From Planctomycetota bacterium (GTDB taxonomy: Bacteria; Planctomycetota; UBA8108; UBA1146; JAKEFC01), in assembly GCA_022616235.1 (NCBI GenBank), contig JAKEFC010000080.1, forward strand, positions 1 through 50,007: a DNA stretch of 50,007 bases, written 5' to 3'. This document shows, piece after piece, positions 27,785 through 36,703 of the stretch (positions are counted from its first letter, which is position 1; every line of letters begins with the position of its first letter). Both the position numbers and the translations under genes were made by a program. The notes under the pieces are model-generated. The model was not told the origin of the DNA. It saw nothing but the letters and a program-made list of their open reading frames with translations, and did not search any database.

Positions 27785-28253
27785 CGACCTCTTCCAGGAT
27801 CGCTGCGAGATTATGGAGGTCTTCGCTGCGGATGAGGTACTTCATCGTCTTCCGGTCGCGGCAGATGCGGACGATCTTCTTCATCAATTGCACGTGGTCG
27901 GACTCGCCCCCCGGCGGCGTCAAGAGCAGGAAGAAGAGATGCACGAGTCCGCCATCGTTGGCGCGGAATTCGATTCCGGTCGCCGCACGCCCGAAGATCC
28001 CGCACGCCTGCGTGACGTAGGGGCACTGTTTCATGTGCGGGATCGCGATGCCGTTCCCGATCCCAGTGGTCGCCTCGCGTTCCCGCGCGAGGATCGACTC
28101 CTTGATGTGGCCTATGGCGTCGGCCGTGAATCCTTGAGCCTTGCCGAGATGCTGCAATAGCTCCGAGATGACTTCTTCCCCGCTGGTGCCGGTCAGATTG
28201 GGCACGGAATTGCGCGGGCCGATCAAGCGAGCCAGGGAAACTTCTTTGGCCAT
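27768..28253 (-). CDS. PTS EIIA (PtsN/fructose-type) protein
   Basis: RE..TTGIGNGIAIPH phospho-His motif. Confidence 0.9.
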   Translation of the reverse strand: MAKEVSLARLIGPRNSVPNLTGTSGEEVISELLQHLGKAQGFTADAIGHIKESILAREREATTGIGNGIAIPHMKQCPYVTQACGIFGRAATGIEFRANDGGLVHLFFLLLTPPGGESDHVQLMKKIVRICRDRKTMKYLIRSEDLHNLAAILEEVDESPQ

Positions 28254-28636
28254 TATTCTTCGAAATCCGTCTTCTCGATGATGTCCTGGTAGGAGTCCAA
28301 GCCTTCCTCGGAGTCCGCCGCCGGAGCGGTGGGCGCCGCCGGCCCTCGATGACCGCGGAGCTTTTCCTTGTAGCGGACGACGTGACGCTTTACATGGTCG
28401 ATCGCCAAGTCGATGGCGGCGTGCATCTTCTCGTGGTCGACGTGATGCGCGAATGGCTCCGTACCCACGAGCGTGACCACGACCTCCGCGCGCTGTTTCA
28501 AGCCATTGGTCCCGAGGATCAACTCGACCCGCCGAATGCCGTTGAAGAACTTGTAGAGCTTCTCCGCCTTCTCTCGCGCGTAGTCCTTCATGTCGTCGCC
28601 GACCGCATCATCGCGCGCCGTGACCTGAATCGGCAT
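28253..28636 (-). CDS. hpf: Ribosome hibernation factor HPF/RaiA (short form)
   Basis: IQVTAR..MKDYAREKAEKL..MHAAIDLAIDHVKRHVVRYKEKL. Confidence 0.88.
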   Translation of the reverse strand: MPIQVTARDDAVGDDMKDYAREKAEKLYKFFNGIRRVELILGTNGLKQRAEVVVTLVGTEPFAHHVDHEKMHAAIDLAIDHVKRHVVRYKEKLRGHRGPAAPTAPAADSEEGLDSYQDIIEKTDFEE

Positions 28637-28784
28637 TGTTGCCGCCGCCTTTCGTCTACGACTCGATCGCGTAGGTGCCTGCGCTCGCAGCCAAGTCGCT
28701 CGTTTGCGCCAAACCATCTAATTATCACACCCGCTTGCGGGCTAAAAGGTAAAACGGCGGCGGCGGCGCACGGCGTGCGCCGCT

Positions 28785-29576
28785 TCATCGAAACGGAATC
28801 TCCCAGGGCGCGGAATCCGGCTCGCAGGGAGCGGTGTCGGGGTAGGCGACGCGCACGAGAAAGAGCCCCTGCGGCGGAGCGCTGGGGCCCGCTTCGCGGC
28901 GATCGCGGGAGGCGAGGATCTCGGCGACGCGCGCCGGCGCCATGCGCCCGCGACCGACGTCTACCAGCGTCCCGGCGAAATTCCTAACCATGCGATAGAG
29001 GAATCCGTTTCCGATCACCTGGAACGAAGCGACCTCCCCGCGAACGCTCCAACCCGCCAGGCGCACGCGGCGCATGGTGTTCTCCGGCTCCCCCTCCGAG
29101 CGATTCCGAAATGCCGCGAAGTCGTGTTCCCCCACCAAGTGCGCCGCGCCTTTGTTCATCGCCTCCGCGTCGAGATCGCCGGGGAGGCGCCATTCGTAAC
29201 GCCCGCTGAATAGCGAGTCGCGCGCGGCGAGGCGCACGCGATAAAGATAGAGTTTCTCGATCGCCGAGCGGCGCGGGTGGAAGTCAGGCGCTGCGTCTCG
29301 GCATTCGATGATGCCCATGTCCGCCGGGGTCAAGGCGGCAAGGGCCCGCGCAAGCTCCGGCGCTTCGAGCCTAGTGTCGCATTCCGCGAGCGCACATTGC
29401 CCGCGGGCATGAACTCCAGTGTCAGTGCGCGACGCGCCGCATGTCTCTATGGTGCCTTTCGACACCGCACTCAGCGCTTCTCTGAGGCATCCCTCCACGG
29501 TGCGAACGCCTTCCTGCTCCTGCCAGCCATGGAAACCGCAGCCGTCGTACTCGAGGACGATGCGGAAGCGCCGCAT
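28785..29576 (-). CDS. truA: tRNA pseudouridine(38-40) synthase
   Basis: EYDGCGFHGWQ, SRTDTGVHARGQ, GEHDFAAF, GFLYRMVR, PPQGL. Confidence 0.96.
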   Translation of the reverse strand: MRRFRIVLEYDGCGFHGWQEQEGVRTVEGCLREALSAVSKGTIETCGASRTDTGVHARGQCALAECDTRLEAPELARALAALTPADMGIIECRDAAPDFHPRRSAIEKLYLYRVRLAARDSLFSGRYEWRLPGDLDAEAMNKGAAHLVGEHDFAAFRNRSEGEPENTMRRVRLAGWSVRGEVASFQVIGNGFLYRMVRNFAGTLVDVGRGRMAPARVAEILASRDRREAGPSAPPQGLFLVRVAYPDTAPCEPDSAPWEIPFR

Positions 29577-30553
29577 CAGCGGCCGAGGATCGCGCGAGCG
29601 ATCTGCACAGCGTTCAGGGCCGCCCCCTTCAGGAGCTGGTCCCCGACCGCCCAGAGCTGCAAGACGTCAGGGCGCGGCGCGCGCAGCCTGCCGACCCACA
29701 CCGCGTGCTCGCCGGCGAGCGGACGCGGCGTCGGCGGCTGGCGCGGATCGGGCTCGAAACACACGCCAGCGGCCGAGCGAAGCGCGCGCTCGGCGGCCGC
29801 GGTCGCCACGGGGCGCTCGAAGAGGAGGGTGATCGCTTCCGAATGACACCGTTCGACCGGAATGCGAACGCAGGTCGCGAACACTTCGAGGTCCGGCATC
29901 CCGAGGATCTTCCGGGATTCGAGCGCCATCTTCGTCTCTTCGCCGGTTGCGCCGCTCGCGTCGTCGAGGTCGCCGATCAGCGGAAACACGTTGTGCGCGA
30001 TGGGAAAGGGAAACGGCTCGCCCCGCAGAAACGGCTCGCCGGCGAGTTCGCGGCGGAGAGCTTCCAGGCCGCGTTGCCCCGCTCCCGACACGGCTTGGTA
30101 GGTCGCCACGGAGATGCGGCAGCGACCCAGCGCAAGGAGCGGGTGCACCGCAAGGAGCATGATGATCGCCGAGCAGTTCGGATTCGCGATGATCCCGGGT
30201 CCGGTCCGAATGTCGCGCGCGTTGATCTCCGGGACGACGAGCGGCACGCCCGGGTCCATGCGGAAGGCGCTCGAATTGTCGATCACGATCGCGCCCCGCT
30301 CCGCGAATCGCGGCGCGTACTCGCGGGAGACCGCGCTCCCGGCGGAGAAGAGAGCGATGTCGCAGGGCTCGAGCGCGTCCTCGCCGAGGACGCGGACCGG
30401 CAGCTCTCGGTTGCCGCTACGCATTCGCGCCCCGCGCGAGCGCCCAGAGCCATAGAGCGCGATGGGGAACCCGGCGAAAGGTTCCTCCGCCAGGAGCGCG
30501 AGCATCGTGCGCCCGACGGCGCCCGTCGCTCCCACTACCGCGATCCGCTTCAT
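29576..30553 (-). CDS. asd: Aspartate-semialdehyde dehydrogenase
   Basis: VVGATGAVG, DNSSAFRMD, NPNCS, TYQAVSGAG, DQLLKGAALNAVQ. Confidence 0.96.
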   Translation of the reverse strand: MKRIAVVGATGAVGRTMLALLAEEPFAGFPIALYGSGRSRGARMRSGNRELPVRVLGEDALEPCDIALFSAGSAVSREYAPRFAERGAIVIDNSSAFRMDPGVPLVVPEINARDIRTGPGIIANPNCSAIIMLLAVHPLLALGRCRISVATYQAVSGAGQRGLEALRRELAGEPFLRGEPFPFPIAHNVFPLIGDLDDASGATGEETKMALESRKILGMPDLEVFATCVRIPVERCHSEAITLLFERPVATAAAERALRSAAGVCFEPDPRQPPTPRPLAGEHAVWVGRLRAPRPDVLQLWAVGDQLLKGAALNAVQIARAILGR

Positions 30554-30666
30554 TTGCGATTGCGCTCCTTCTTCGCCAGGATCCAGCACGCGATCGGCCA
30601 GCCGAACAGCACGCAAAACACTGCGACCACGATCGCGACTTCGTACTGGCCGAGTTGAAAGAACAT
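30550..30666 (-). CDS. Putative 38-aa single-TM microprotein
   Basis: MFFQLGQYEVAIVVAVFCVLFGWPIACWILAKKERNRK; its stop overlaps the asd start (ATGA). Confidence 0.55.
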   Translation of the reverse strand: MFFQLGQYEVAIVVAVFCVLFGWPIACWILAKKERNRK

Positions 30667-30725
30667 GGCGCCTACTTCGCTCCGGTGCCTGGTGGGCAGG
30701 TACGTACTCGCGGTGCGCGCCGCGC

Positions 30726-32768
30726 TCAGCTTTGCGCGCGCCGCCGAATCTCCTCGAGCAGCGCGCCCTGGAATTCCGCGAGGGAGACCGCGCCTTGGTC
30801 GCCGCCATCTCGCTTCCTGACCGCAACGGTTCCCGCCTGCTCGTCGCGGGCGCCGACGACCAGCATATAGGGTATGCGCAGCTCCGTCGCGCTCAGGATT
30901 TTCGCGCCGATGCGCTCGTTGCCGGCGTCGATCCCCGCGCGCACGCCGGCCTCGCGCAGCGAAGCGAGCACGCGGTTGCCGTAGGCGGAGAACTTCTCGC
31001 TGATCGGCAAGACGCGTACCTGCTCGGGCGCGAGCCAAGTGGGGAAGGAGCCGGCGAAGTGCTCGATCAAAACGCCGATGAATCGCTCCAACGAGCCGAA
31101 TGGCGCGCGATGGATCATCACCGGCCGGTGCTGCTGGTTGTCCGCGCCTACGTAAGTGAGGTCGAAGCGCGCCGGAAGATTGTAGTCCACCTGCACGGTG
31201 CCGAGCTGCCACTCGCGGCCGAGCACATCCCGCACGATGAAGTCGATCTTCGGTCCGTAGAACGCGGCCTGGCCGGGCTCTTCGGTATACGGCACGCCGA
31301 GCGACGCCGCCGCCGAGCGACACGCCGCCTCCGCCCGATCCCAGACTGCCGCGGTGCCGACGTACTTGGCGTTGTCCGGGTCGCGCAGCCCCACACGCAC
31401 CCGAAAGTCGCGCATGCCGAGGGTGCGGAAGATCAGCTTCACGATGTCGAGACAGCCCTGGACTTCCGCTTGCACCTGATCCTCCGCGCAAAATAGATGG
31501 GCATCATCCTGCGTGAAGCCGCGCACGCGCGTCATGCCGTTCAATTCGCCGGACTGCTCCCAGCGATAGACCGTGCCGAATTCCGCGTAGCGAATCGGCA
31601 AGTCCCGGTAGCTGTGCGGCTCGGAGGCGTAGATCCGAATGTGATGCGGGCAATTCATCGGCTTCAGGAGGTAGCCGTCCAGGTCGCCGCTCGCCAAGCG
31701 ATTGGAGAGATCCGCGCAACTGCAGCCGTCGCTCGCCAGCGCCGCGAGCTGGGTCTCGAGGATGAGCGGCGGATATTGGCTGTCTCGGTAGTACGGAAAG
31801 TGCCCGCTCGTTCGGTAGAGGTCGAGCTTGCCTATGTGCGGCGTGTATACGGGGAGGTAGCCGTGGCGCATCAATTCCGCGCGGATGAACTCTTCCAGCT
31901 CGCGGCGTACGATGGCCCCGGCAGGCTTCCAGAGGACGAGCCCCTGTCCGACCTGCTCATCGATGTGAAAGAGGCCGAGGCGCTTGCCGATCGCGCGATG
32001 GTCGCGCTTCTTCGCCTCTTCGATCTGTTCGAGATGCCGCTCCAGCTCCGCCGCGCTGAAGAACGCCGTGCCATAGACGCGGGTCAAGCGGTCGGAGGCG
32101 GCGTCGCCATGCCAGTACGCGGCCGCGATGCTGAGGAGCTTGAACGCGCCGATCCGCGCCGTGCTCGGGGCGTGCGGCCCGCGGCAGAGGTCCTCCCAGT
32201 TCCTTCCCGGCTCGCCGGTCGTGTACCAGGAGAGGATCCGCGCGCCCTCCGCGATCGCGCGCTCCGCGTTGTCGAGCTTGTACTTGCTCCCTTCCGCGCG
32301 CAGCTTCCGCAGCCCTTCATCCGCGGGAAGCTCGTAGCGCCGGAGCGGGAGATCGGCGGCGATGATTGCCGCCATCTCGCGCTCGATCGCCGGAAAGTCC
32401 TCCATGGAGAGCGGCCGCTCCGGCGGAAAGGCAATGTCGTAGTAGAAGCCGTTGTCGACCGGCGGCCCGTAGACTGGCAGCGCGCCGGGCACGATGCGCT
32501 GAATCGCCTCCGCCATGACGTGGGCGCAGCTATGGCGAATGAGGAAGAGCGCATCGGGCTGCGGGGCTTGGTTGCTCTTCGGCGCGGTCACGATCGAGAG
32601 GCCGATGTCGCGCGCGATGGGTGCGGACAGATCGACGAGTTCGTCGCCGGCGCGGGCCCCGAGCGCCGCGCGCGCGAGCGCCGGCCCGATGTCCTTCGCG
32701 ACCTCCGCGGGCGTCACGGGGCCGGGATAGGAGCGGGTGCTGCCATCCGGGAGGGTGATGCGTGGCAT
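30726..32768 (-). CDS. thrS: Threonyl-tRNA synthetase
   Basis: TGS domain, RHSCAH, DLCRGPH, KPMNCPHH, RVRGFTQDDAH, FYGPK, HRAPFGSLERF. Confidence 0.97.
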   Translation of the reverse strand: MPRITLPDGSTRSYPGPVTPAEVAKDIGPALARAALGARAGDELVDLSAPIARDIGLSIVTAPKSNQAPQPDALFLIRHSCAHVMAEAIQRIVPGALPVYGPPVDNGFYYDIAFPPERPLSMEDFPAIEREMAAIIAADLPLRRYELPADEGLRKLRAEGSKYKLDNAERAIAEGARILSWYTTGEPGRNWEDLCRGPHAPSTARIGAFKLLSIAAAYWHGDAASDRLTRVYGTAFFSAAELERHLEQIEEAKKRDHRAIGKRLGLFHIDEQVGQGLVLWKPAGAIVRRELEEFIRAELMRHGYLPVYTPHIGKLDLYRTSGHFPYYRDSQYPPLILETQLAALASDGCSCADLSNRLASGDLDGYLLKPMNCPHHIRIYASEPHSYRDLPIRYAEFGTVYRWEQSGELNGMTRVRGFTQDDAHLFCAEDQVQAEVQGCLDIVKLIFRTLGMRDFRVRVGLRDPDNAKYVGTAAVWDRAEAACRSAAASLGVPYTEEPGQAAFYGPKIDFIVRDVLGREWQLGTVQVDYNLPARFDLTYVGADNQQHRPVMIHRAPFGSLERFIGVLIEHFAGSFPTWLAPEQVRVLPISEKFSAYGNRVLASLREAGVRAGIDAGNERIGAKILSATELRIPYMLVVGARDEQAGTVAVRKRDGGDQGAVSLAEFQGALLEEIRRRAQS

Positions 32769-32959
32769 CGTATCGGTCCTTGCCGCGTTGCTGCCGATTT
32801 CGCTTCCGCGCCTCCGACTTGGGCGCCGAGGGGGAATTTTTATAAGACAGCGGCCGGGCGGCCGCCACCGGAACGGGCTAACGGCTCGGCGCCGCGCGGC
32901 CGGCGGCGGCGGGTAGAATCCCGCGGGAACCCTTTCGAGAAAGGAGCGCGGCGCGCGCG

Positions 32960-34168
32960 ATGGCGGAGGAGCACGACCCGCGACTCGCGATTCTCCATGC
33001 CGACATGGATGCGTTCTACGCGGCCGTGGAGGTCTTGGACGATCCGTCGCTCGCGGGAAAACCGGTGATCGTCGGCCACCCGGGGCGCCGCGGCGTGGTG
33101 GCGACGGCCTCGTACGAAGCGCGCCGATTCGGCGTCCGCTCCGCGATGGCCTCCCTGGAAGCGATGCGGCGCTGCCCGGAGGGGGTGTGGCGCGCACCGC
33201 GCATGGAACGCTACGCGGAGCTGTCGAGCCAGATTCGGGAGATCATGCTCCGCTTCACGCCGCTCGTGGAGCCGCTCTCACTCGATGAAGCTTTTCTCGA
33301 CGTTCGAGAGTCGCTCCGTCTCTTCGGAGGGGCGGTCGCGATCGCGCGCGCATTGCGCGCCGCCGTGCGGGAAGAGACCAAGCTCACGGTGTCCGTCGGG
33401 GTCGCGGAGAATCTGTTCCTGGCGAAGATTGCGAGCGATGCGAACAAGCCCGACGGCCTCACGGTGATCGACGCGGGGCGCGGCGCGGAGTATCTATCGG
33501 CGCTCCCCGTCTCCCGGCTCTGGGGGGTCGGACCGCGTACCGCGGAGCGGCTCGAGGCGCTCGGGCTGCGCCGAATCGGCGACATCCCCATCTACGGCGA
33601 GGCGCGCCTCGTGCGGCTCCTCGGCGAGGCGCACGGCCGGCACCTCCACCGTCTCGCGTTGGGGCTCGATGACCGCCGCGTCACGCCGGAGCGCGCCGCG
33701 AAGTCGATCTCGACGGAGAGCACGTTCGCGGAGGATCTCCATTCGCGCGCCGACATGGAGCGTTTCCTCTTCCAAGCCGCGGAGACGGTCGCCGAAGCGC
33801 TCCGCCGCGACGGTCTGCGGGCGCGCACCGTGGAGCTGAAGGTGCGGACCGCGAGTTTCCGCACCCAGATCCGGTCCCGTACGCTGGATTCATCGACGGA
33901 TCTCGCCGAGCGCATCTACGCGGCGGCCGTCGAGTTGTTCGAAACGCGCATCGACCTCGGCGGCGAAGGCGTGCGCCTGCTCGGCGTCGGCGCGAGCCAG
34001 CTCCAAAATGCGGGCCGACCCGCGCAAGGGGAGCTGTTTCCGCACGCCGCGGAGGGTGCCGGCAGGCGCGTCGCCCTCCTCCTCGATCGAATTCGCGACA
34101 AGCTCGGCCCAGAGGCAGCTCGCCGCGCGCGCCTCGTGGCACCGCCGAAGCCAGACAAGACGGAGTGA
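32960..34168 (+). CDS. dinB: DNA polymerase IV (Y family)
   Basis: HADMDAFYAAVE, ASYEARRFGV, SLDEAFLD, AKIASDANKPDG. Confidence 0.96.
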   Translation: MAEEHDPRLAILHADMDAFYAAVEVLDDPSLAGKPVIVGHPGRRGVVATASYEARRFGVRSAMASLEAMRRCPEGVWRAPRMERYAELSSQIREIMLRFTPLVEPLSLDEAFLDVRESLRLFGGAVAIARALRAAVREETKLTVSVGVAENLFLAKIASDANKPDGLTVIDAGRGAEYLSALPVSRLWGVGPRTAERLEALGLRRIGDIPIYGEARLVRLLGEAHGRHLHRLALGLDDRRVTPERAAKSISTESTFAEDLHSRADMERFLFQAAETVAEALRRDGLRARTVELKVRTASFRTQIRSRTLDSSTDLAERIYAAAVELFETRIDLGGEGVRLLGVGASQLQNAGRPAQGELFPHAAEGAGRRVALLLDRIRDKLGPEAARRARLVAPPKPDKTE

Positions 34169-34223
34169 CGTCGCACGAGTCGCTAGTCTGTCTCCATCAG
34201 CGCTCTGCCTATCAGCGGTTCAT

Positions 34224-34427
34224 CGTGTCGAGGCGGGGCCTCGACTAGGGAGGACCCGAGGCTCTGTCTCCGATGGCGGGACGATGCGGTGCTTGCCGGC
34301 CGGTGTCATGGAGATGCGGCAGAGCCGCGGGGGCGCGGTGTCGAGGCGGAGCCTCGACACCAGGGGGGCTACGCAAGAGCCGCGGTTATGACGGAGCGCG
34401 CCAGGCCTCGACGCCAGGAACGGCGGC
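34224..34427. repeat. REP/REPIN-like palindromic intergenic element, copy 2
   Basis: Same palindromes and inner stem as 12771-12966; lies between convergent dinB and the MetE-like gene. Confidence 0.8.
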
Positions 34428-34444
34428 GGAGAAGCTCGGCAGCA

Positions 34445-35587
34445 TCACGCGCGGAGGATACGCGCCGCGGCGGCGAGGGCCGCGAGCTTCGCCTCGGCGA
34501 CGCGCGCGCTGGCGACGGGGCGCTCCGCGAAGGTGCCGAATCCGCAATCGGGATTGAGAAAAATCCGCTCGGCCCCGAGCACGGCGGCCGCTTCGCGCGT
34601 GCGCGCCGCGATCCACGCGGGGGTTTCGATCTCTTCCGTGCGCGGATTGACGACGCCGAAGCCGAGCTGGGTGCGCTGCGGCAAGTCGCGAAGTGCGACG
34701 ACAGACCCCGCGCGCGGCGTCGCGTATTCGAGGACGAGCTGGCGCACCTTCATGCGCCGCAGGTACGGCACGAGCGGATCGTAAGGTCCCTCGAGCAGCA
34801 CATCTTCCCGCTGGCTCCAGTTGCCGCGGCAGATGTGGAGCGCGAGCAACGGACCCTCGATCCCGTCGACGACGCGGTTGATCAACTCCACCGCGAACTC
34901 CAGCTCGCGCTCCGGACTCGCGCTCGCCGCCAGCGCCGCGCACATGAACGTGCGCGTCGCGGACTTGCCGGCGAATACCAGCTCGGTGAGCACCGGCTCG
35001 TCGAACTGAATCAATTCCGCCCCTTCCCGCGCCAACTCTTTGACTTCATCGCGGAGGATGCGGACGAAGTCATCCGCGAGCGATTCTCGGGTCGGGTACG
35101 CGCCTTCGGAGAGGGACTTCACCCAAGTGGATCTGCTCAAGAGATAAGGGCCTGGAAGCGTCACTTTGACCGGCCGGCGCGTATGCGCCCGCAAGAAGCG
35201 ATAGTCGCCGAGCACGAGCGGCTCGCGCACCGACAGCCTGCCGACCACGGTAGGGTTCTTGATTGCGTAAGCCGGAACGTCGAGCGCGCCGAGCAGCGCC
35301 TCGAATCCCGCCTTGTCCTCCACGTAGTCGAGCAGCTCCGCCATCGTCATGAGACGGATCCCATCCAGGCGCTCGGTGATGAAGGAGTAGAAATTGTCGC
35401 GCCGCTGCTCGCCGTCGGAAACGATGTCTACGCCCGCGTCCTCTTGCCTCTTGATCGCGAGCAGCGTCGCGTCGTCTTGAAGCTCTCGCAGATTGGGAGC
35501 GCGCCGCTTCATCGCCTCGAGCAACCAAGAGGGGCGCGGCCAGCTTCCGACGACGGTCACTGGGTAGAGCGGCCAGCGCGGGGTCAT
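34445..35587 (-). CDS. Single-barrel cobalamin-independent methionine synthase II (MetE C-terminal/CIMS-like) family Zn enzyme
   Basis: VVGSWPRP, SDGEQRR, QFDEP, Zn ligands LHICRGN / LEYA / NPDCGF; no N-terminal MetE barrel. Confidence 0.88.
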   Translation of the reverse strand: MTPRWPLYPVTVVGSWPRPSWLLEAMKRRAPNLRELQDDATLLAIKRQEDAGVDIVSDGEQRRDNFYSFITERLDGIRLMTMAELLDYVEDKAGFEALLGALDVPAYAIKNPTVVGRLSVREPLVLGDYRFLRAHTRRPVKVTLPGPYLLSRSTWVKSLSEGAYPTRESLADDFVRILRDEVKELAREGAELIQFDEPVLTELVFAGKSATRTFMCAALAASASPERELEFAVELINRVVDGIEGPLLALHICRGNWSQREDVLLEGPYDPLVPYLRRMKVRQLVLEYATPRAGSVVALRDLPQRTQLGFGVVNPRTEEIETPAWIAARTREAAAVLGAERIFLNPDCGFGTFAERPVASARVAEAKLAALAAAARILRA

Positions 35588-36324
35588 GTCCTCCTCAATT
35601 CGACGTGCAGGGGTATCTCGCGGAAGAGCGACTGTGCGACCGGCGAACGGGCGATGGTCTCCCGCCAGAGGCTCTCGATCTCTTCATCGCTGCCGTCCGC
35701 ATCGATGAAGAGCTTTCCTTCGACCGCCGCGAGCCCGGGATGGCCGCCCTCTTCGACGCCCAAGAAGTAGAGGATATTGTCGGCGCGCGCTTCGAGCGAG
35801 ACTTCCAGGTTGCGGACGGCGACGCTCCGCTGCGACATGCGCCAAGCGAGCCCCACCGCGAGACAACCCGCCAGCGCTCCGAGCAGGTACTCGATCGCGC
35901 TTGGCGCCGGATCCGCGGTGTCGAAGCTCGCCGGCTGCCCGATCGCGAAGGAGTGGCTGCGAGCGAAGGCCTTCGCGTGCAAGCCATCGCTCCAGCGCAC
36001 GCGCACCCGCCAGCGATAGTCGCGAGCCCGCTCCAGATCCGAGCCGAGGGAAGCGTCCTCGCCGCGCTTGCGGATGAAGTAGCGGGTGACGCGCGGTTCC
36101 ACGGCGGCGCTGCCGACGAGCGTGTGCCCCACCATGCGACACCATGCAGGCAAATCTTCCCGCACGCTGCTCTCGCGGCTCCGTACCTCGAGCACGCCGC
36201 CGGGAGGGAGCGGCTGCATGGCGTTTCGGATGATGAGCAGGAGGCCGCTCCCGCAGTCGAGATCGCCTCCATCGCACATCGCGTCCGCGCGCGGCAGGCC
36301 GTGGTCTTCGCCGGGAAGGCTCAT
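35584..36324 (-). CDS. TusA/SirA-like sulfurtransferase fused to an OsmC-like domain
   Basis: DGGDLDCGSGLL..GGVLEV..EDLPAWCRMVGH, then PSAIEYLLGALAGCL..RSPVAQSL. Confidence 0.82.
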   Translation of the reverse strand: MSLPGEDHGLPRADAMCDGGDLDCGSGLLLIIRNAMQPLPPGGVLEVRSRESSVREDLPAWCRMVGHTLVGSAAVEPRVTRYFIRKRGEDASLGSDLERARDYRWRVRVRWSDGLHAKAFARSHSFAIGQPASFDTADPAPSAIEYLLGALAGCLAVGLAWRMSQRSVAVRNLEVSLEARADNILYFLGVEEGGHPGLAAVEGKLFIDADGSDEEIESLWRETIARSPVAQSLFREIPLHVELRRT

Positions 36325-36334
36325 TGGAAATTCC

Positions 36335-36703
36335 TCAATAGGTGATCGCGGGGCTACCGTCGCCCAGGAACTCGACGAGCTTCGCGCCGCCGACGATCGT
36401 AGCGCCGGGGACGAGTTTACCCTCGTCGAGGTTGCGCTTTTTGAAGCAGGGGGAGCAGACCCAGATCTTTCCTCCAGCTTTCACGAAGTTCCCCATCAAT
36501 TCCGCGAGCGGAGCGAAGCCGCTCTCGTGGATCCTCTCTGCGCTTCCGCGCTGCGACAGGAGCACGCCTTCCGTGCTCAAGAAGACGAGAGTCTCCTTGT
36601 CGGACGCGGCGGCCGCGTTCGCGACGACGAACGCGACCGTCGCCTTGTCGGGATTGTCCAAGGAGCAAGTCAGACTCACGCAGAATTTCTTCGACACGGT
36701 CAT
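36335..36703 (-). CDS. DsrE/DsrF-like family protein
   Basis: AFVVANAAA..VFLSTEGV..GGKIWVCSPCFKKR; ATGA overlap with the upstream gene. Confidence 0.85.
   Translation of the reverse strand: MTVSKKFCVSLTCSLDNPDKATVAFVVANAAAASDKETLVFLSTEGVLLSQRGSAERIHESGFAPLAELMGNFVKAGGKIWVCSPCFKKRNLDEGKLVPGATIVGGAKLVEFLGDGSPAITY

Noticed and set aside
32769-32959. LexA/SOS box upstream of dinB
   Set aside because: Only an AT-rich promoter-like patch (GGAATTTTTATAAG) is visible; no palindrome matching a LexA box I can support.
32769-33197. Long N-terminal extensions in the ORF track (thrS, pyrC, pyrR, MnmE-like, asd, HPr, DsrE, S41)
   Set aside because: They overlap neighbouring genes and precede the conserved N-termini; downstream starts with SD sequences or stop/start overlaps were chosen.
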